DNA of 64,000 bases from an uncultured Ruficoccus sp. Lineage in GTDB: Bacteria; Verrucomicrobiota; Verrucomicrobiia; Opitutales; Cerasicoccaceae. The notes under the pieces are model-generated. The model was not told the origin of the DNA and made no database searches. It saw nothing but the letters and a program-made list of their open reading frames with translations. The DNA lies in the NCBI GenBank assembly GCA_965140785.1, contig OZ223496.1:143947-207946 (forward strand). The letters run 5' to 3'. The translations under genes and the position numbers were made by a program. Shown here in pieces: positions 33,511 to 44,089 of the stretch; within the stretch, counting starts at the first letter, position 1; each line of letters begins with the position of its first letter.

Positions 33511-34458
33511 ATGGATGAACAGTCACGGCTTTTTCGCTACCCCCCCATGATTCAGACGGAAAAACGAGCCCTCAGGATTAACATCGCCGCCAATGCCCTT
33601 TTCGCGGTGGCCGGGTTCGCCTTCGCCCTGTCCACCCGATCGGAGGCGATCCTGCTGGACAGCATATACTCGCTGATCACCCTGCTGTTCTCCATCGTGA
33701 CCTGGCACGTGGCCGATCTGGTCATGCGCCCCGACTCGGACAAGTACCCCTTCGGCTATGTCGTGTACGAGCCGCTGGTCAATTTATTCAAGGGCCTGCT
33801 CCTGATCACCGTGGCGGTGTACGCGATGTTCACCGCCATCGGCAGCCTGAGAGCCGGCGGCACCCCCATCCATACCCAGATGGCATTCATGTACGGGCTG
33901 GTCGCCACCGCCGGCTGTGCCACCATGGCCATTTACTTCAAGCACGTGGCCCGCAAAACCCACTCCACCTTAGTGGAGACCGACGCGCATAACTGGATCA
34001 TGGACACCGTGTTGAGCGCCTCGGTCATGGCCGCCTTCGGGCTGAGCTGGTTGCTGAGCCTCAGCGGGCACACCCACTACCTCAACTATGTGGACCCGCT
34101 GGTCGTGGCCTTCCTCTCTTTGCTGGTCATGCCGGTGCCCGTCCGCATTATTCGCCACAACTGGGCACAGATCGTGGCGCGGGCCCCCGCCGACGAATTG
34201 ATCCAGGAGATCGAGGGTCTGCTCAACGCGGCCGCTCCCCCCGAGCAGTGGCCGCAGCGCGAAGTCCGCGTCCAGCAGCACGGTCGCCTCATCACCGTGC
34301 ACGTCTATTTCGTGGTCCAGACCGGCACCGTCCAGCAGTTCGACCGCTGCCGAGAAATGATCGACAAAACGCTCAAGCAGCACTTCCCCTACCTCGCGCT
34401 CGACGTGGCCTTCGTGGGCGACGAGGTCTGGGCCCGCCGCGCCTCGGGCGACGCCTGA
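33511..34458 (+). CDS. Cation diffusion facilitator (CDF) transporter
   Basis: SEAILLD, YPFGY and YVDP motifs; about six transmembrane helices. An alternative start is at 33547. Confidence 0.85.
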   Translation: MDEQSRLFRYPPMIQTEKRALRINIAANALFAVAGFAFALSTRSEAILLDSIYSLITLLFSIVTWHVADLVMRPDSDKYPFGYVVYEPLVNLFKGLLLITVAVYAMFTAIGSLRAGGTPIHTQMAFMYGLVATAGCATMAIYFKHVARKTHSTLVETDAHNWIMDTVLSASVMAAFGLSWLLSLSGHTHYLNYVDPLVVAFLSLLVMPVPVRIIRHNWAQIVARAPADELIQEIEGLLNAAAPPEQWPQREVRVQQHGRLITVHVYFVVQTGTVQQFDRCREMIDKTLKQHFPYLALDVAFVGDEVWARRASGDA

Positions 34459-34578
34459 AATAGTCCGCCCCCCGCCCCGATAGCTAGTGAAAAAACCGTT
34501 ACGATTTCACGCGGTCTGGCAATAGGCGTTGACAACCGAACGACTTTCGCCAGCCTGCTCTTTATACTTTTCTAGAAG

Positions 34579-34691
34579 ATGATGACCTGCAACCGCCATG
34601 TTCCGATTTCCGTACGCTTAGCCGCGGGGCGCAGGTAGTTTTTGTATCCATCTTTGATCTACCCAGACCCGCGAACGTCCGCGGGTTTTTT
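34579..34691 (+). promoter_or_regulatory. Leader peptide (MMTCNRHVPISVRLAAGRR) and transcription attenuator upstream of the MATE gene
   Basis: uORF at 34579-34638; terminator acccgcg-aacgtc-cgcgggt plus T run at 34667-34691; alternative pairing of cgcggg..ggtag with ctacc..cccgcg; TTGACA at 34529. Confidence 0.7.
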
Positions 34692-34746
34692 CGTTTTTGG
34701 ACTGGAAAAACCGGCGGCTCTGCCCCCACCGACAACTTTTCCCGCC

Positions 34747-36132
34747 ATGACTTTCTTTTCCCGACTGACCCACGAATCCCGCCCTACCCTGACCCTGGCT
34801 TGTCCGCTCATCGCTGGTCAGCTCAGCTATATGCTAACCGCCCTGGCCGACACGGTCATGATCGGACGTCTCGGGGTGACCCCGCTGGCCACAGCGACCT
34901 TCGCCAATACCCTGCTGCACCTGCCGCTGATGTTCAGCATCGGGCTGACACTGGCCGTCTCCATCCAGGTCTCCCAGGCCCGGGGGGCGCAGCAGCCCGC
35001 CCTCGCCCGCTCGGCTTTGCGCCACGGCATGGTCATATCCGCGGCGATGGCCCTGCTCACCATCATAGGCGCGGCTCTCGCCCTGCCCATACTGCCTTAT
35101 TTTCAACAACCGCCGGAGGTCATCGCGGCCGCGCCCGGCTATTTTCTGCTGGTAGCGGTGTCGTTCATGCCCGCCATGGGCTCGATGGTGATCAAGAACC
35201 ACGCCGACGCCATGAACCGGCCCTGGTCGCCACTGTTTATCCTCCTCGCCGGGGTGGGCGCGAATGTGTTCCTCAACTGGCTGCTCATCTACGGAAACTG
35301 GGGCATGCCCGCCTGGGGGCTGGAAGGCGCCGGACTGGCCACCCTGCTGGCTCGCGCCTTCACCCTGGCGGCTCTGGTCGGTTGGTGCCGGAGGGACCGC
35401 CGGCTGCGCGAATGGGTGCCCGTGCGCTGGCTGCAAGCCCCCGACTGGTCCGAGCTGCGTAAGCTCTGGGCACTGGGCTGGCCGACCAGCCTGCAACTGC
35501 TGGCCGAGATCAGCGCCTTCGTCATGGCCACGCTGATCATCGGCACGCTCGGGTCCGAGGCGCTGGCCGCCCACCAGGTGGCCCTCACCTGCGCGGGCAC
35601 CGTGTACATGGTACCGGTCGGGCTCTCGCAGGCGATTACCGTGCGCGTTGGCGAAGCCTACGGCGCGTGTCGATTCAGTGCGCTGCGCCCGATCCTCACG
35701 GGCGGTTGGCTGATGGGCGGGCTCTTCACCCTTTTCAGCGCGAGCGCGTTCCTGCTCTTTCGCACTCAGATCGCGGGGTGGTTCATCCCGATGGAAGAGG
35801 CCCAGGCGTTGGCCGCCGCCCTGCTGCTGGTGGCCGCGGTCTTCCAGTTCAGCGATGCCATGCAGATTATTTCGGTCGGGGCTCTGCGCGGCCTCGGCGA
35901 AGTGCGCTTCCCGGCCTGGCTTTCGTTCTTCGCCTGCTGGTTCATCTCCATCCCGGTCGGCTGGATCCTGGCCTACCCGCTGGACTGGGGCGTAACCGGC
36001 ATCTGGTGGGGTTTCACCGCCGGACTGGCCGTGATGGCGCTGACCTTCGGCGCCCACGCCTGGCGCAAAACCGCCCCCACCGCCCCACGGCCGCCTTATC
36101 TGGTGCCGAACGCAACCGCCGAGGCTTCTTAG
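34747..36132 (+). CDS. MATE-family (NorM-like) efflux transporter
   Basis: DTVMIGRLG, NWLLIYGNWGMPAWGLEGAGLAT and FQFSDAMQ. Confidence 0.92.
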   Translation: MTFFSRLTHESRPTLTLACPLIAGQLSYMLTALADTVMIGRLGVTPLATATFANTLLHLPLMFSIGLTLAVSIQVSQARGAQQPALARSALRHGMVISAAMALLTIIGAALALPILPYFQQPPEVIAAAPGYFLLVAVSFMPAMGSMVIKNHADAMNRPWSPLFILLAGVGANVFLNWLLIYGNWGMPAWGLEGAGLATLLARAFTLAALVGWCRRDRRLREWVPVRWLQAPDWSELRKLWALGWPTSLQLLAEISAFVMATLIIGTLGSEALAAHQVALTCAGTVYMVPVGLSQAITVRVGEAYGACRFSALRPILTGGWLMGGLFTLFSASAFLLFRTQIAGWFIPMEEAQALAAALLLVAAVFQFSDAMQIISVGALRGLGEVRFPAWLSFFACWFISIPVGWILAYPLDWGVTGIWWGFTAGLAVMALTFGAHAWRKTAPTAPRPPYLVPNATAEAS

Positions 36133-36266
36133 TTTACCGGGGGCTCCGCGCCTCCGCAGCTTGCTCCAGTCGTGAGAGCGGTCACCCTTGATCACAGAGG
36201 CCCGTTCGACGACTTTCTCGAATCCCCGGGAAGAGTGTACCCCAGCTTTTGAGCGGGCGCGAACGC

Positions 36267-37613
36267 TCAGGCTTCCGGCGGCGAGCCGGAGCGGGTGGAA
36301 GGCTTGGGCGGGCGCACCTCCCGGTAGAAAATCAGGAAGAAAGGAATGCTCAGGAAGAGCAGGATCATGGCGTCGCGGGCCAGGCGCACCTCCGAGCCGA
36401 TCAGGGCCCACATGCAGTAGCCGATGGCCAGCACCGTGACCGCGAGCGCGGCGGCCTTCTGACGGCCCGCCACCTGACGCCGGCGCACCGAGAACAGGAA
36501 CGCGACCGCGCAGTAGAGGTACGGCAGCAGGTTGAGAATGATGGCCACGTCGATGATGATGTTGAACTGCTCAGTCAGCGAGGGCGAGGCCGTCACCAGA
36601 ATGATGATCGACATGAGAATGCCGGAAATGACGAGGTTGAAAACCGGCACGCCCTTACGGCTGGTGCGGGCGTAGATACGCGGGAACATCCCGTCGCCCG
36701 CTGCGGCCTGTGCCGATTGGCTGATGGTGAGTGTCCAGCCCACGAGCGAGCCCCCGGCCTTGAGGATGGCGGCCCCGGCGATGATCAGGGCCCCGACCTT
36801 ACCCACGGTCTGGAGCGCAGCGGCGGAGAAAGGGTCGTCCGACTTGGCCAGCTCGGGAGCGGGGATGATTCCCATCAACACGGTGCAGGTACTCACGTAC
36901 AGGATCGTGGCGATGAGCAGGCCCAGCAGCGTGGCCAGCGGCACGTTGCGCTTCGGGTTGTCGATAACCCCCGCCGAAACCGAGGCGCTCTCCACCCCCA
37001 TAAAGGCCCACAACGCATAGGTGGCACTGGTGGAGATCGCACCGATGGTCGTCTCGCCCTTGGGCAGCCAGCCATCGAGGAAGGTTTTTCCGTCAAACCA
37101 GAACCAGCCAAAGACCGCCACCGCGATCAACGGCACCATCGCCGTGACGGTGGACCAGCCTGTAAGCAGGCCGACGACGCGCGGCCCCAGAATATTAAAA
37201 AAGGTCGCCAGCCACACCACGATCAAAGCGCCAATCAGAGTCAGCGCCGGGGCCTTGAGCGCGGGGCAAAAGGCCGTGCAGTAGCCGATCACGGTGGCGG
37301 CCACCGCGACGTTGCCCACCAGGTTGGCCGTCCAGTACACGTAGTTGGTCTGGAAGCCCAAGTATGGGCCGAAGGTGTTGCGCGCATAGGCGTAGGGGCC
37401 GCCGGGCTCCGGGTCGGTCGCCCCAAGAAAGGCGAACATCAGCCCGATCGAGGCCGCTCCGACCGATGCCACCACCCAGCCCAGGATGGAGGCCGTTCCC
37501 ACCGAGGCCATGCTCACCGGCAGCAGAAAGATTCCCGTTCCGACCATGTTCACCGTGACCAGCATGGTGGCGGAGAACAGACCCATTTTGCATTTTGATG
37601 AACTCGGTACCAT
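36267..37613 (-). CDS. APC-family basic amino acid/polyamine antiporter (PotE/CadB/AdiC-like)
   Basis: NMVGTGIFLLP, GGPYAY and WAFMGVES. Confidence 0.88.
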   Translation of the reverse strand: MVPSSSKCKMGLFSATMLVTVNMVGTGIFLLPVSMASVGTASILGWVVASVGAASIGLMFAFLGATDPEPGGPYAYARNTFGPYLGFQTNYVYWTANLVGNVAVAATVIGYCTAFCPALKAPALTLIGALIVVWLATFFNILGPRVVGLLTGWSTVTAMVPLIAVAVFGWFWFDGKTFLDGWLPKGETTIGAISTSATYALWAFMGVESASVSAGVIDNPKRNVPLATLLGLLIATILYVSTCTVLMGIIPAPELAKSDDPFSAAALQTVGKVGALIIAGAAILKAGGSLVGWTLTISQSAQAAAGDGMFPRIYARTSRKGVPVFNLVISGILMSIIILVTASPSLTEQFNIIIDVAIILNLLPYLYCAVAFLFSVRRRQVAGRQKAAALAVTVLAIGYCMWALIGSEVRLARDAMILLFLSIPFFLIFYREVRPPKPSTRSGSPPEA

Positions 37614-37633
37614 CCGGCGGTGCTGTCCTTATT

Positions 37634-38392
37634 TTAAGAGTGATGCCCAGGCGGCGCAGGAGCCTCTCCGGCTCCGGCATCCCCCCGCAGGGGTGCGAAA
37701 AAAGATTCCAGGTCGCCCTCGCCACTGCCCCAGAGAAAGGGTGCGACTTGCTCCGGCCTCGGGGCGGGCTCCTTGCCGGCGTCGTCGGGCATGGGGATGG
37801 GCGCACCCGGGACGCTCAGCAGTGGAAAGAGTCCCGTCCATGGTGTGAAGGGCTGGTCAATGTCGCGGGTCGGCGGCAGGTCCTGATTGAACTTGGCCGA
37901 GGCGTCGCGCAGGTTGACCTCGGCCACGGCGGTGGCGGCGAGCTCCTGCTCCGTGACTGGACGCAGGCTCTCCCAGCGCCCCGGAAAGACGCGGTCGGAG
38001 ATGGCCTTGAGCGCGGTCAGGTGCTCCTCGTCTTCCAGCACGCGGCCCTCGCCAAAGCAGATGGCGCAGGCATAGGTCATATTGTGCGCGAAGGCCGAGC
38101 GGGCCAACACGAAGCCGTGCAACAGCGTAAAAGCACAACAGACCGTCTGTCCCGAGGACAGGACCTTCATCAGGCGACTGGCGCGCGAACCGTGAAAAAA
38201 CAGCTTCTCGCCCTCGCGGGCGTGCAGTGAGGGAATCAGGCGCGGCTCGCCGTCCTCGACGAAGGAGATGTGGCAGTACGGCGCGCGGTCGATGATACGG
38301 TGAATGACGGCCCGGTCATGGCTGCCGTGCGAAGGATCACGGTGCAGCTTCGTGCGGCCGGATTTGCTGGGGGCGGGTTGGTCGGAACTCAT
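37634..38392 (-). CDS. Pyridoxamine 5'-phosphate oxidase-like (NimA-type) flavin-binding protein
   Basis: FFHGSRASR and GFVLARSAFAHNMTY. Confidence 0.8.
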   Translation of the reverse strand: MSSDQPAPSKSGRTKLHRDPSHGSHDRAVIHRIIDRAPYCHISFVEDGEPRLIPSLHAREGEKLFFHGSRASRLMKVLSSGQTVCCAFTLLHGFVLARSAFAHNMTYACAICFGEGRVLEDEEHLTALKAISDRVFPGRWESLRPVTEQELAATAVAEVNLRDASAKFNQDLPPTRDIDQPFTPWTGLFPLLSVPGAPIPMPDDAGKEPAPRPEQVAPFLWGSGEGDLESFFAPLRGDAGAGEAPAPPGHHS

Positions 38393-38516
38393 GATACTGG
38401 CCTCCTCTGCTAGCAGAAAAGCTGCCATGCGCACGCGGGTAGCACAGGTATTAGCCGCCTTCTCCTGGTTGAACTCATTCCGTTGTCGGGGAGGATCATC
38501 GTAATCTTAAAATAAG

Positions 38517-40751
38517 CTACTTCTGAACCAGCAGGTAGTAGGTGCCGTCCTCGGCCTCGATGCCGTGGGTGTCGTGCTCGAAGCCCGGCAGGGCGCGGTC
38601 CCACTCCTGCAAGGCCAGCAGGTAGCGCATGAACGGCTCGTCCGCGGTGCCCATTTCCTCGCCCGGCATGACCAGCGGGATACCCGGAGGGTACGGCACC
38701 AGGCCGGTCGCCGCCACACGCCCGGCGGCCTGGGCCAACGGGATGCGCTCGACCTCGCCCGCCACCAACCGTTGATAGGCTTCGGCAGGGATCATCTTCA
38801 TTGCCGGTAGCCGGGAGAAAGCGTCGTCCTGCGCATCGAGTTGGCCAGTGGACGCCAGGGTCTGCATCATGAGCGCGGCCAGGTCGCGCAGCCCCAGGCG
38901 CGGGTAGAGCCCGGCAACATGGGGAATGCAGCGCGCCAGCGGCGTGTTCGCGTCGAAGTCGTCCTTGAAGGCGAGCATGGCGTGCACGAGCGTGCTCCAC
39001 TTGGCATTGGTGATGCCGAGCGAGAACAGGAACAGCACGGTAAAGTCGGTCGTCTTCTCCACCACAATGCCGCGCCCGTCGAGATAGGCGGTCAGCAGCG
39101 AGGCCGGAAAACCGGAAAGGTCGAGGCTCCCGTCCTGGTTCAGACCGGGGGTGAGGACGGAGACCTTGATCGGGTCGAGCATGCAGTAGTCGTCCTCCAG
39201 CTTGAAGCCGTGCCAGGTGTCCCGCGGGTGCAGCACCCAGCAAGAGGGATCGGTGGCCAGCCGGTCGGGCGAGACCTCCTCGAAGGGCACGGGCCCGTCC
39301 TCGCCGGAGACTTTCTCGGGATTCCAGGTGCGGAAGAACCAGTCGTCGCGGTCACGGTGAGAACGCCACAGGGTCATCACGCTCTGGCGGAAGGCGATGG
39401 CTTCCCGGATGGACTGCTCGACCAGCAGCGTGCCGCCCTGCCCCTCCATCATGGCCGCGCTCACATCGTTGGAGGCGATGAGCGGGTAAAAGGGCGAGGT
39501 CGAGGCGTGCATCATGAACGACTCGTTGAAGCGCGCGTGCTCGATGTTGCTGCGGCCCTCGCGCATGTGGATGAACGAGGCCTGCGAAAAAGCGGCCAGG
39601 AGCTTGTGCGTCGAGTGGGTGGCGAAAAGCGTCGGCGCGTCGGCGGGCTGTTCGCCCGGCTCCCCGCGCATGGCGTAGCGCCCCTCGTAGAGGGGGTGGA
39701 AACGCGCGTAGCCGTACCAGGCTTCGTCGAAGTGGATGCGATCGATCTTGTCGCCAATGACCTCCAACACGCGGTCCACATTATACGTCAACCCGTCGTA
39801 GGTGGAGTTGGTGATAACGGCGTGAACCGGCGGCTCACCCTCGACCGGGTACAGGCCCGAGGTCGGAATCGGCCCGATAATGCCGTAGCGGTTACGCGTG
39901 GGCATGAGGTAGGTCGGCACCGCACCGGTCAGGGTCAGTCCCTGCTCGTTGGACTTGTGGCAGTTGCGGTCCACCAGCACACGCTGGCCACGCACGACGC
40001 TGGCCATCCAGATGACGCGGTTGGAGGTGGAGGTGCCATTGGTCACGCTGTAGCTGCGGTGTGCCCCGAAGACACGGGCGGCGAATTTCTCGCCCTCGCC
40101 AATGGGGCCGCTGTGGTCGAGCAGCGAGCCCAGCTCGCCCACGCTGATCGAGAGGTCGGAGCGGAAAATTGCCTCGCCAAAGTAATCGTAGAACTTGCGC
40201 CCGGCGGGGGATTTCTGAAAAGCCACCCCGCCGGTGTGGCCGGGCGTGTGCCAGGAGTACTCGTGCACCAGGTCGAAGTCGATCAGCGCCTGCGCCATCG
40301 GCCCGAGCATGTGACGGCTGTAGTCGCGGATGGCGGCGTAGATGCGTCCGCCAATAAAGGGTGCGCTGTCCTCCATCAGCCAGATTAACTCGGAGACCAT
40401 ACGCAACAGGCGCTCGGGCAGGACGGTGGTCTTTTCACGCGTGGTCAGCAAAAAGACCGGGATGTGCTCGTTGCACTGGCGCACGTAAGAGATAAAGGCC
40501 TCGGCCTCGCCGTGCGGATCGTCCGGACGGGCATCGAGCTGCCAGTCCACCAGCACCCCGTGCAGGCCCGCGTCCGAGCCGAAGATACTGTAACCATCCT
40601 CCGAGCCGGGGGCGCGGGAAACCTCGACCCCGTTGGCCTCCAGTTCGTCCACCAGGGTGCGGGCGGCACGGCCCGCCGCAGTGGTCTTTTCGATGTGATG
40701 GCTCACGAGCAAAATCCGCAAGCGTGCGATATTGGAACGGCGTTCTAGCAT
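38517..40751 (-). CDS. adiA: Inducible Orn/Lys/Arg decarboxylase (AdiA-like, with wing domain)
   Basis: WHTPGHTGG, TNGTSTSN, DRNCHKS, HFDEAW and the PLP-lysine motif ATHSTHKLL. Confidence 0.88.
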   Translation of the reverse strand: MLERRSNIARLRILLVSHHIEKTTAAGRAARTLVDELEANGVEVSRAPGSEDGYSIFGSDAGLHGVLVDWQLDARPDDPHGEAEAFISYVRQCNEHIPVFLLTTREKTTVLPERLLRMVSELIWLMEDSAPFIGGRIYAAIRDYSRHMLGPMAQALIDFDLVHEYSWHTPGHTGGVAFQKSPAGRKFYDYFGEAIFRSDLSISVGELGSLLDHSGPIGEGEKFAARVFGAHRSYSVTNGTSTSNRVIWMASVVRGQRVLVDRNCHKSNEQGLTLTGAVPTYLMPTRNRYGIIGPIPTSGLYPVEGEPPVHAVITNSTYDGLTYNVDRVLEVIGDKIDRIHFDEAWYGYARFHPLYEGRYAMRGEPGEQPADAPTLFATHSTHKLLAAFSQASFIHMREGRSNIEHARFNESFMMHASTSPFYPLIASNDVSAAMMEGQGGTLLVEQSIREAIAFRQSVMTLWRSHRDRDDWFFRTWNPEKVSGEDGPVPFEEVSPDRLATDPSCWVLHPRDTWHGFKLEDDYCMLDPIKVSVLTPGLNQDGSLDLSGFPASLLTAYLDGRGIVVEKTTDFTVLFLFSLGITNAKWSTLVHAMLAFKDDFDANTPLARCIPHVAGLYPRLGLRDLAALMMQTLASTGQLDAQDDAFSRLPAMKMIPAEAYQRLVAGEVERIPLAQAAGRVAATGLVPYPPGIPLVMPGEEMGTADEPFMRYLLALQEWDRALPGFEHDTHGIEAEDGTYYLLVQK

Positions 40752-40765
40752 AATGAAGCGTAAGG

Positions 40766-41008
40766 TTAGCGGGATTGTGCAGAGGAGGACGGGAAATCGG
40801 AGGGAGGGGTGGGGGCGCCGGGGTGCACGCGCCCGTGCGCCAACAGCTCCGTCTGGCGCACGTCGATACCGCTCTCTTCGGGCGAGGCGGGCATCTTGCC
40901 GCGAGCGGTTATCGAGGGAGCGGCATCCGATTTGGCGGGGGGCCAGAGGTTGTGGCCGATGAAGATGCCGGCCACGAGAACGAGAAGAATGATCAGGATT
41001 TCGTGCAT
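40766..41008 (-). CDS. Small single-pass membrane protein inside the adi operon
   Basis: ATG start overlaps the adiC end, an N-terminal hydrophobic helix is present, and the ORF fills the gap to adiA. Confidence 0.55.
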   Translation of the reverse strand: MHEILIILLVLVAGIFIGHNLWPPAKSDAAPSITARGKMPASPEESGIDVRQTELLAHGRVHPGAPTPPSDFPSSSAQSR

Positions 41009-42360
41009 GGCTCTGACAAGGGAGTTTGCGCGTGATCGGGCTTGCCCTCGTGTTCGTGCGGCGGCTCATCGCCCTGTCGCAGGCGGTTAAGGCTGTAGCA
41101 GGCCGCACTGATCAGCACGATCACAGCCAGCCAGCCCACCTGTTTGGCATTGGAGCCGAGGATGGCCCACGAGCAGTAGGCCAGCGCGATAACGATGATG
41201 CCGCCCGTGACCCACTTGTTGCCGCCGCTCTTGACAAAGCGGATCAAGGCCGCGGCCACGTAGAGGTAGGCCACCACGGTCATCAGCACCGCGATGGACG
41301 AGATGACCCCGAACTCCTTGCTCGCGGAGGGCGAGACCGTCAGCAGTTGCGTCCCGGTCATGAGAAAGCCGACGATGATCAGGCCCTTGACCGGCACGCC
41401 GTGCTTGTTGGCGTGGCTGAAGACTTTGGGGAACAGCCCGTCGTCAGCGGCGGCCTTGGCCGTCTGCGCGGTGGCGAGAATCCACCCCCCGAGCGAGCCC
41501 AGACAACCGGCAGCGGCGCAGATGCTCACAGCGGCCCCGCCGATCTCACCGAAAACCAGCTTGGCACAGTCGGCGAAGGGGGCCGCCGACTTGACCAACT
41601 GCTCGTTGGGGATCGCACCCATGATAGCCGTGCACGAGAGCACATAGGTGACCGCAGCCAGCACGACACCGCCGATGGTCGCGATGGGCACGTTCTTTTT
41701 CGGGTTCTCCACCACCCCGGCAGCAACCGCAGCGGTCTCGACCCCGATGAAGGACCACAGGGTGACGTTGAGCACGCCCTGAATGGCCCCGAAGTCGCCT
41801 TTACCGGAGACGTTCCAGGCCTCCATGTAGGTCTTGCCGCTGAACTTGAGCCAGCCGAGAATGGCCACGCCCACGATGGCGATCAGCGCCAGCACCGTCG
41901 TGTATGACTGCACGTGGGTGGTCAGCCGTGGGCCGAGGATATTGAGAAAAGTGAAGAGCCAGATCATGGCCAGGCACGCGATGGCCAGCACCCAGGGGGA
42001 GTTGAGCGCCGGGACGAAATAACTCAGGTAGCCCACCCCGACCACGGCCAGGGCGACGTTGCCGATCCAACTCGCCAGCCAGTAGAGCAGATTCGTCTGG
42101 TAGCCGACGAAGGAGCCGAAGTTGCGCCGCGCGTAGGCGTAGGAGCCGCCGGGGCTGTCGTCGATCGCGGACATCTTCGCGTAAACCATGGCCAGGCAAA
42201 CCGCCCCGGTGATGGTCACGGCCCAGCCAAAGATGGCAATGCCGCCGGTGGCAGCGAGGTTGGCCGGGAGCATGAATACGCCCGAGCCCATGATATTACC
42301 GGCCACCATCAGCGTCGCGGGCACGACGCCGACCTTGCCAGCGTGTTTGGCTAATCCCAT
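40993..42360 (-). CDS. adiC: Arginine/agmatine antiporter
   Basis: Close resemblance to E. coli Adi[27 protein letters not shown] and TLWSFIGVE. Confidence 0.9.
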   Translation of the reverse strand: MGLAKHAGKVGVVPATLMVAGNIMGSGVFMLPANLAATGGIAIFGWAVTITGAVCLAMVYAKMSAIDDSPGGSYAYARRNFGSFVGYQTNLLYWLASWIGNVALAVVGVGYLSYFVPALNSPWVLAIACLAMIWLFTFLNILGPRLTTHVQSYTTVLALIAIVGVAILGWLKFSGKTYMEAWNVSGKGDFGAIQGVLNVTLWSFIGVETAAVAAGVVENPKKNVPIATIGGVVLAAVTYVLSCTAIMGAIPNEQLVKSAAPFADCAKLVFGEIGGAAVSICAAAGCLGSLGGWILATAQTAKAAADDGLFPKVFSHANKHGVPVKGLIIVGFLMTGTQLLTVSPSASKEFGVISSIAVLMTVVAYLYVAAALIRFVKSGGNKWVTGGIIVIALAYCSWAILGSNAKQVGWLAVIVLISAACYSLNRLRQGDEPPHEHEGKPDHAQTPLSEPCTKS

Positions 42361-42374
42361 GGGGACTCTTTCGT

Positions 42375-43898
42375 TTAGGGGTTGAAGCTGTAACGAGAAG
42401 TAAACTGGAAGCGGACGGCGTCGCCGTCGGCACCGTTGACGGCGTTTTTGCGGCCGTAGAGCAGCTCGGCTCCGATGGTGAGGTGCGGCAGGATCTGCCA
42501 GACCAGGTTCCCCGAGGCGTAGTAGGTCTGGCGCATGACGGTGGACATGGGCGGGGTCAGACCGAGCAGGGCGCTGTCGTCGATATCGACATAGCCGACG
42601 GTGAAGGTGGAGCTGAGCGCGTCGCTCCAGTTGTGCGTGTAGCCCGCGCCGAAGCCCCAGGCCTCGAAGGTCTGGAGGTTGCCCGCGCTATCGACGTAGC
42701 CGTCGAGCCCGAGCCCGTAGGCATCCTGAATATAGTTGGCGTAGCCACTGCCGAAGTTCGCCCAGCCCATGATCAGGTCGTCAGGGGTGAAGCTCCAACT
42801 GCCCGTCAACGACAGGCCCCAGCCCAACGCGTCGGAGGTGCCGGTGCTGGTCTGGGCCGAGAAGCTGCTTAAGAGGCCGGCAGTCTGTACGTGCCAGGTC
42901 TCGCCCTTCACACCCAAAGCCATCACGGTATCGGGCAGGCGCTGGTTGGCGGAGGCGTTGGCCAGGCTCGGGTCGGCCTCTTCGATGGAGATCTTGCCGT
43001 AGAGGCTGGCCGCCTCACCCTCCAGCAGGGTACGCGTGTAGCGGATTTGCGCATTGTAGTCGATGAGGAGGGAGTTGGGGCCCTCGTAGTCGAGGGTGGC
43101 CGGGATGACGTCGGCGTCGGTGAACGCACTGTAGCCGTAGCCGATGCGCAGGCCCTGCCACTCGCCGTAAAAGTTAAGCAGGTAATAGCCGTATTGGGAG
43201 GTATTGGCATTGGCGAAGAAGTTGTTCGCGTAAACAATGCTGAGCGGCCCCTGCCCAGTTTCGAGGATGCCGTTAAAGGCCAGAGTGGACTGGCGGAAGC
43301 TGACCGTGCTGTTGAGCCCGCCCCCGTAATCGGCCTGCCCGAAGACCGGCAGAGCCGAGGTGATAAACTCGCCGGGGCTATTGGCATTGGTCGAGTCCAC
43401 CAACACATCTGCCTGGGCGATGAGGGAAAATTTCACGTAAGCCTGCGTCCCGAAGACCGGGATGTAGCCCTTGGGTACGTTAGCGGGGATTTTGTCCACC
43501 GGCAGGTTCGCAGCGGCCTCGGCCTTGGCCTGCTCGGCGGCCGGGGTTCTCGCCACGGCCGGAGCCGCTGCCGAGGGCGTGCTCACCGTGTGCGGTTTTT
43601 CCACCTCGGTAGCCGGAGTCTTGGCGGACTGCGCCGTGCTGGCAGTAGCGGCAACAGCCGGGCGAGCGGTGGAAGGAGCCGAAGACGGGGTGGAGGAAGC
43701 GGCGTCGGAGGTTTGCAGGCGCTGGTTCTCTTCCCGCAGGGCGGTGACTTCGCTCTCCAGTTGCGAAATACGCTGCTCCATCGCCTCGAGCTTTTTCAAG
43801 AGCAAGGCCGCGGTCGCGGGGTCAGTATCTTCAGCCGCCCGTCCTGTCGGACACGACAGGCACATCAGCAAGGCAACGAAGAAGGAAACGCGAATCAT
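42375..43898 (-). CDS. DcaP-family outer-membrane porin with N-terminal coiled coil
   Basis: Signal peptide, coiled coil, Ala/Pro/Thr linker, DYEGPN, and a beta-barrel end ([10 protein letters not shown]). Confidence 0.8.
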   Translation of the reverse strand: MIRVSFFVALLMCLSCPTGRAAEDTDPATAALLLKKLEAMEQRISQLESEVTALREENQRLQTSDAASSTPSSAPSTARPAVAATASTAQSAKTPATEVEKPHTVSTPSAAAPAVARTPAAEQAKAEAAANLPVDKIPANVPKGYIPVFGTQAYVKFSLIAQADVLVDSTNANSPGEFITSALPVFGQADYGGGLNSTVSFRQSTLAFNGILETGQGPLSIVYANNFFANANTSQYGYYLLNFYGEWQGLRIGYGYSAFTDADVIPATLDYEGPNSLLIDYNAQIRYTRTLLEGEAASLYGKISIEEADPSLANASANQRLPDTVMALGVKGETWHVQTAGLLSSFSAQTSTGTSDALGWGLSLTGSWSFTPDDLIMGWANFGSGYANYIQDAYGLGLDGYVDSAGNLQTFEAWGFGAGYTHNWSDALSSTFTVGYVDIDDSALLGLTPPMSTVMRQTYYASGNLVWQILPHLTIGAELLYGRKNAVNGADGDAVRFQFTSRYSFNP

Positions 43899-44089
43899 AG
43901 ATTCTAATAATCTATGCCCAAAACATAACTAGCCTTTGCCAGCCATTGGCAACTGCAAAAGTACACTTTTTGAGGACTCCGATCCGCAACAAATGAGCGA
44001 CAAGCCCTACCGCGCCGGGGAGGGGGTCGGCTGGATGCCTTGGATCGGCGCTCCGGTTTCCCGGGGCCGGACAACGGAAGCGAAGCGAC

